Assembly (NCBI GenBank): GCA_011371455.1
Contig: DRQN01000006.1
Coordinates: 1-47,371, forward strand
DNA from: Gammaproteobacteria bacterium
GTDB lineage: Bacteria; Pseudomonadota; Gammaproteobacteria; SZUA-152
Length of the DNA stretch: 47,371 nucleotides
Reading direction: 5' to 3'
Under the pieces are notes generated by a model. The model was not told the origin of the DNA. It worked only from the letters and a program-made list of their open reading frames with translations, and ran no database searches. Shown one piece after another: positions 43,927-47,371 of this stretch (the stretch's first letter is position 1; each line of letters starts with the position of its first letter). Position numbers and translations under genes: made by a program.

Positions 43927-44352
43927 ATGGCTATGACCATGCATGTTGACGTCGTTAGCGCCGAGGAAGAAATCTTCTCCGGCCCCGCGAAGATGCTGTT
44001 TGCACCGGGCGTGATGGGCGATCTGGGCATCCTGCCTCGTCATGCACCGTTGCTGACACGCATCAAGCCGGGCGAAGTGCGCATCGTAACGCCCGATGAC
44101 GAAGAGCAGTTCTACTACGTGTCTGGCGGAATGCTGGAAATCCAGCCCGAGGCCGTCACGGTGCTGGCCGATACCGCCTTGCGCGCCAAGGACATCGATG
44201 AGGCCGCCGCGCTGGAAGCCAAGGAACGCGCCGAGAAGGCACTGGCCGACCGTAGTGGCGAAATCGACTACGCGACCACCGAAGCGGAACTGGCAGAGGC
44301 GGTTGCCCAGCTGCAGGCCATCCAGCGTCTGAAGAAGAAGCTGGGCCGTTGA
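43927..44352 (+). CDS. atpC: F0F1 ATP synthase subunit epsilon
   Basis: 141 aa; it is the last gene of the operon and is followed by a strong terminator. Confidence 0.95.
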   Translation: MAMTMHVDVVSAEEEIFSGPAKMLFAPGVMGDLGILPRHAPLLTRIKPGEVRIVTPDDEEQFYYVSGGMLEIQPEAVTVLADTALRAKDIDEAAALEAKERAEKALADRSGEIDYATTEAELAEAVAQLQAIQRLKKKLGR

Positions 44353-44378
44353 GTCATCGCGTTTTTGCCAACCGAAAG

Positions 44379-44407
44379 AGGGCGGTTTTCAACCGCCCTT
44401 TTTTTTG
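44379..44407 (+). terminator. Rho-independent terminator of the atp operon
   Basis: AGGGCGGTT-TTC-AACCGCCCT is a 9-bp perfect stem followed by a run of 8 T. Confidence 0.9.
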
Positions 44408-44568
44408 CTTTATGATAAAGCCGCTTTCCCCTGGGTCTGTCTGCGTACATGGGGCAGAAACAAAGCAATAATTCGGCGCGGGCCAGTGTCATCATTCTCA
44501 GAATTTCTTAAGCTGGCGCTACTATAGTTAGTGCACGATTCTCTTGGTACTTAGTCCGCAGGTTACAC

Positions 44569-45942
44569 ATGAGCACACAGTTGACCGTCGTTGTCCTGGC
44601 CGCGGGCCAGGGAACGCGTATGAAATCCGATCTTCCCAAGGTGCTGCACACCATTGGTGGCCGGCCGATGTTGGCGCGTGTCGTCGACAGCGCGCAGTCG
44701 CTGAATCCGCAGGCGATCCACGTGGTGTATGGCCACGGCGGCGAGCGGGTCAGGGAGCAGTTGTCGGCGCTTTCCGTCAACTGGATTCTGCAGTCCCGGC
44801 AGCTCGGCACCGGCCACGCCGTCGATCAGGCAATGGCTCAGATCGCGGATTCACAAAACGTGCTGGTGCTTTATGGTGACGTGCCGCTGATCACACCTGC
44901 CACCCTGTCGAGGCTGGTTGCCGCAGCACAGGATGGCGGCCTGGGCCTGTTGACCGCAAGGCTGCCCGACCCGACCGGCTATGGCCGCATCGTGCGCAAT
45001 GCGGCAGGCAAGGTGTGTTCCATCGTCGAGCAAAAGGATGCCAGCCCGGAGCAGTTGGCGATCAATGAGATCAATACCGGGATGCTGGCTGTAAACGCGG
45101 GCCTGCTGCGCGGCTGGCTGGGCAGCATCGGCAACGACAATGCGCAGGGTGAATACTATCTGACCGACATCGTCGCATTGGCTGCCGATAGCGGCGTCGA
45201 CGTCAATGCCATTTCCACCCCGGACCTGGCGGAGATCGAAGGCGTCAACAACCGGCTCCAGCTGGCCGAGTTGGAGCGCGTGTTTCAACGGCGCCAGGCG
45301 AACCATTTGATGTTGCAGGGTGTGACCCTGCGTGACCCGGCGCGCTTCGACCTACGCGGCAGTCTCGAGGTCGGGCGCGATGTGGAGATCGACATTGGCG
45401 TGCTCATCGAGGGCGAGGTGAAGATTGGCGACCGCTGCTACATCGGCCCGAACAGTGTTCTCAAGGACGTGGTGCTGGGCAGCGACGTGCGTATCGAGGC
45501 CAACAGCATACTGGCGTCGTCGACCATCGGTGACCGGTGCCTGATCGGGCCCTTTGCGCGCCTGCGTCCGGAATGCCGGCTTGCGGAGGGGGTCAAGGTG
45601 GGTAATTTCGTCGAAGTGAAAAAATCGACGGTCGACAAGGGCAGCAAGATCAATCATCTCACCTATGTGGGCGATACCCGCATGGGCGCCAACGTCAACG
45701 TGGGGGCGGGCACCATAACCTGCAACTATGATGGCGCCAACAAACACCTAACGGTAATTGGTGATAATGTTTTCATTGGCTCTGACACCCAGCTGGTTGC
45801 GCCCGTCACCATCGGTGATGGCGCCACCATCGGCGCCGGTTCGACCATTACCCGTGATGCACCCGCCGGCGAGCTGACCTTGAGCCGTAGCGAACAGCGG
45901 ACCCGCAGGGGGTGGAGGCGCCCCGTCAAGGCGCGATCCTGA
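44569..45942 (+). CDS. glmU: Bifunctional UDP-N-acetylglucosamine pyrophosphorylase / glucosamine-1-phosphate N-acetyltransferase
   Basis: 457 aa; VVVLAAGQGTRMKSDLPKVLH is the nucleotidyltransferase motif, and there are C-terminal hexapeptide (left-handed beta-helix) repeats. Confidence 0.97.
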   Translation: MSTQLTVVVLAAGQGTRMKSDLPKVLHTIGGRPMLARVVDSAQSLNPQAIHVVYGHGGERVREQLSALSVNWILQSRQLGTGHAVDQAMAQIADSQNVLVLYGDVPLITPATLSRLVAAAQDGGLGLLTARLPDPTGYGRIVRNAAGKVCSIVEQKDASPEQLAINEINTGMLAVNAGLLRGWLGSIGNDNAQGEYYLTDIVALAADSGVDVNAISTPDLAEIEGVNNRLQLAELERVFQRRQANHLMLQGVTLRDPARFDLRGSLEVGRDVEIDIGVLIEGEVKIGDRCYIGPNSVLKDVVLGSDVRIEANSILASSTIGDRCLIGPFARLRPECRLAEGVKVGNFVEVKKSTVDKGSKINHLTYVGDTRMGANVNVGAGTITCNYDGANKHLTVIGDNVFIGSDTQLVAPVTIGDGATIGAGSTITRDAPAGELTLSRSEQRTRRGWRRPVKARS

Positions 45943-46025
45943 GTCCGTAGGCCTATGGTGGGAAATGACTCAATTCATTGATTCGTCTCGCTATATGGAT
46001 CAAGCCGTTGCATACTTCTATCCGT

Positions 46026-46045
46026 CCTGAACCTGTGGCTTCGGG
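46026..46045. repeat. REP-like 20-nt repeat, copy 5, degenerate (CCTGAACCTGTGGCTTCGGG)
   Basis: 17/20 match to the family consensus; located between glmU and glmS. Confidence 0.45.
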
Positions 46046-46080
46046 GCAGCGTCAATCACTCGAATCATGGAATCATAGTT

Positions 46081-47371
46081 ATGTGTGGAATTGTAGGTGC
46101 CGTTGCCGATCGTGATGTTGTTCCCATCCTTCTGGAGGGCCTTCGAAGGCTGGAATATCGAGGCTATGATTCAGCCGGTGTCGCCGTGCTAGACGAGGGG
46201 AACGGCCTGCAGCGGGTGCGCACCAAGGGCAAGGTTGCCGGCCTGGAGGAGAAGATCGCCGGTAATCTGCACGGCCGCATCGGCATCGCCCACACGCGCT
46301 GGGCGACGCATGGCGTACCCAGCCCGGAAAACGCCCACCCGCATATCTGTGAGGATACCGTTGCCGTGGTTCACAACGGTATCATCGAAAACCACGAGGA
46401 GCTGCGCGAGCGGCAGAACGCCGCGGGCTATCGCTTTACATCGGAAACCGATACCGAGGTCATCGTCCATCAGGTGCACAAGTACCTGACCGAACAGGGA
46501 CAGGGCCTGTTGGCGGCGGTGAAAAAGGCGGTGGCCGATTTCGAGGGCGCCTATGCCCTGGGGATAGTCAGCGATGCGGAGCCTGATCGCATGGTGGCCG
46601 CGCGCCTGGGCAGCCCGCTGGTGATCGGTGTCGGCATCGGTGAATATTTCATTGCCTCGGACGTGACAGCGCTACTTCCCGTTACGCAGCGCTTCATCTT
46701 TCTTGAAGACGGTGACATCGCCGACATACGCCGGGACTCATTGAGCATCTTCGATGCCGAGGGCAAGCAGGTCGAGCGGCCGATTCGTGAGAGTGAGTTG
46801 CGCGCCGATTCCGTCGAGCGTGGCGAGTATCGTCACTACATGCTGAAGGAAATTTTTGAGCAGCCGCGCGCCCTCGCCGAGACCCTGGAAGGGCGTATCG
46901 CCAATGGACGGGTTCTCGAGCAGGCCTTTGGCGCCGGTGCGGGAGAGATTTTCGATGACGTGCAGGGCGTGCATATTATCGCCTGTGGCACCAGTTATCA
47001 CGCCGGCCTCATCGGCCGCTACTGGCTGGAGTCGCTGGTGGGCATTCCCTGCAGCGTCGAAGTGGCGAGCGAATTCCGCTATCGCAAGCCGGTGGTGCGC
47101 AAGAATTCACTCATCGTCACGCTGTCGCAATCGGGTGAGACCGCCGACACCCTGGCCGGCCTGCAGGAGGCTAAGCGCCTGGGTTTTGGCCATTCCCTGT
47201 CCATCTGCAACGTGCCGGAAAGCTCGCTGGTGCGCGAGTCGGACCTGGTGTTGCTGACCCGCGCCGGGCCGGAGATCGGCGTCGCCTCCACCAAGGCCTT
47301 CACCACCCAGCTGGTGGCGCTGATGATGCTGGTGATCGTGCTCGGCCGGCGCAATGGCCTCAGCGAAGAGA
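46081..47371 (+). CDS. glmS: Glutamine--fructose-6-phosphate aminotransferase (partial; runs off the right edge)
   Basis: Manual translation from the ATG at 46081 gives [37 protein letters not shown]...HTRWATHG, the Ntn amidotransferase domain with catalytic Cys2. The frame stays open to the end of the window, so this ORF is absent from the track. Confidence 0.95.
   Translation, partial: MCGIVGAVADRDVVPILLEGLRRLEYRGYDSAGVAVLDEGNGLQRVRTKGKVAGLEEKIAGNLHGRIGIAHTRWATHGVPSPENAHPHICEDTVAVVHNGIIENHEELRERQNAAGYRFTSETDTEVIVHQVHKYLTEQGQGLLAAVKKAVADFEGAYALGIVSDAEPDRMVAARLGSPLVIGVGIGEYFIASDVTALLPVTQRFIFLEDGDIADIRRDSLSIFDAEGKQVERPIRESELRADSVERGEYRHYMLKEIFEQPRALAETLEGRIANGRVLEQAFGAGAGEIFDDVQGVHIIACGTSYHAGLIGRYWLESLVGIPCSVEVASEFRYRKPVVRKNSLIVTLSQSGETADTLAGLQEAKRLGFGHSLSICNVPESSLVRESDLVLLTRAGPEIGVASTKAFTTQLVALMMLVIVLGRRNGLSEE

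Noticed and set aside
45943-46080. glmS ribozyme/riboswitch upstream of glmS
   Set aside because: That element is characteristic of Gram-positive bacteria. The 138-nt spacer here shows only a degenerate REP-like copy and no extended conserved structure I can recognise.

Overview
This window is an origin-proximal chromosomal segment of a high-GC Gram-negative, most likely gammaproteobacterial, genome. The left arm is on the minus strand: two exported-protein genes with apparent frame breaks (one lipase-like, one PEP-CTERM), surA, lptD, a small exported protein, then mnmE-yidC-yidD-rnpA-rpmH. The right arm is mostly on the plus strand: dnaA-dnaN-recF-gyrB, fbp (minus), hemCDXY, a ferredoxin-reductase/SDR divergent pair, a RES/Xre-type toxin-antitoxin pair, an MCP gene, then mnmG-rsmG-parAB, the full atpIBEFHAGDC operon, glmU and the 5' part of glmS. 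Non-coding signals include DnaA boxes with a sharply AT-rich spacer between dnaA and dnaN (candidate oriC), two parS-like palindromes inside recF, a 20-nt hairpin repeat in five intergenic copies, and several promoters and terminators. The most unusual region is a visibly AT-richer ~4.5 kb insertion at about 28.0-32.6 kb between the MCP gene and mnmG. It carries four tightly overlapping genes that all encode exported or lipid-anchored proteins: a lipoprotein with a permuted papain-like (His-before-Cys) domain, an orphan lipoprotein, a free-standing subtilase-prodomain-like protein, and a prodomain-less kexin/furin-like S8 lipoprotein with a P-domain. I read this as a candidate uncharacterised envelope proteolytic maturation cassette. 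All calls come from manual reading and translation; no database searches were run. Many long ORFs in the track are antisense shadow ORFs typical of high-GC DNA and were rejected.
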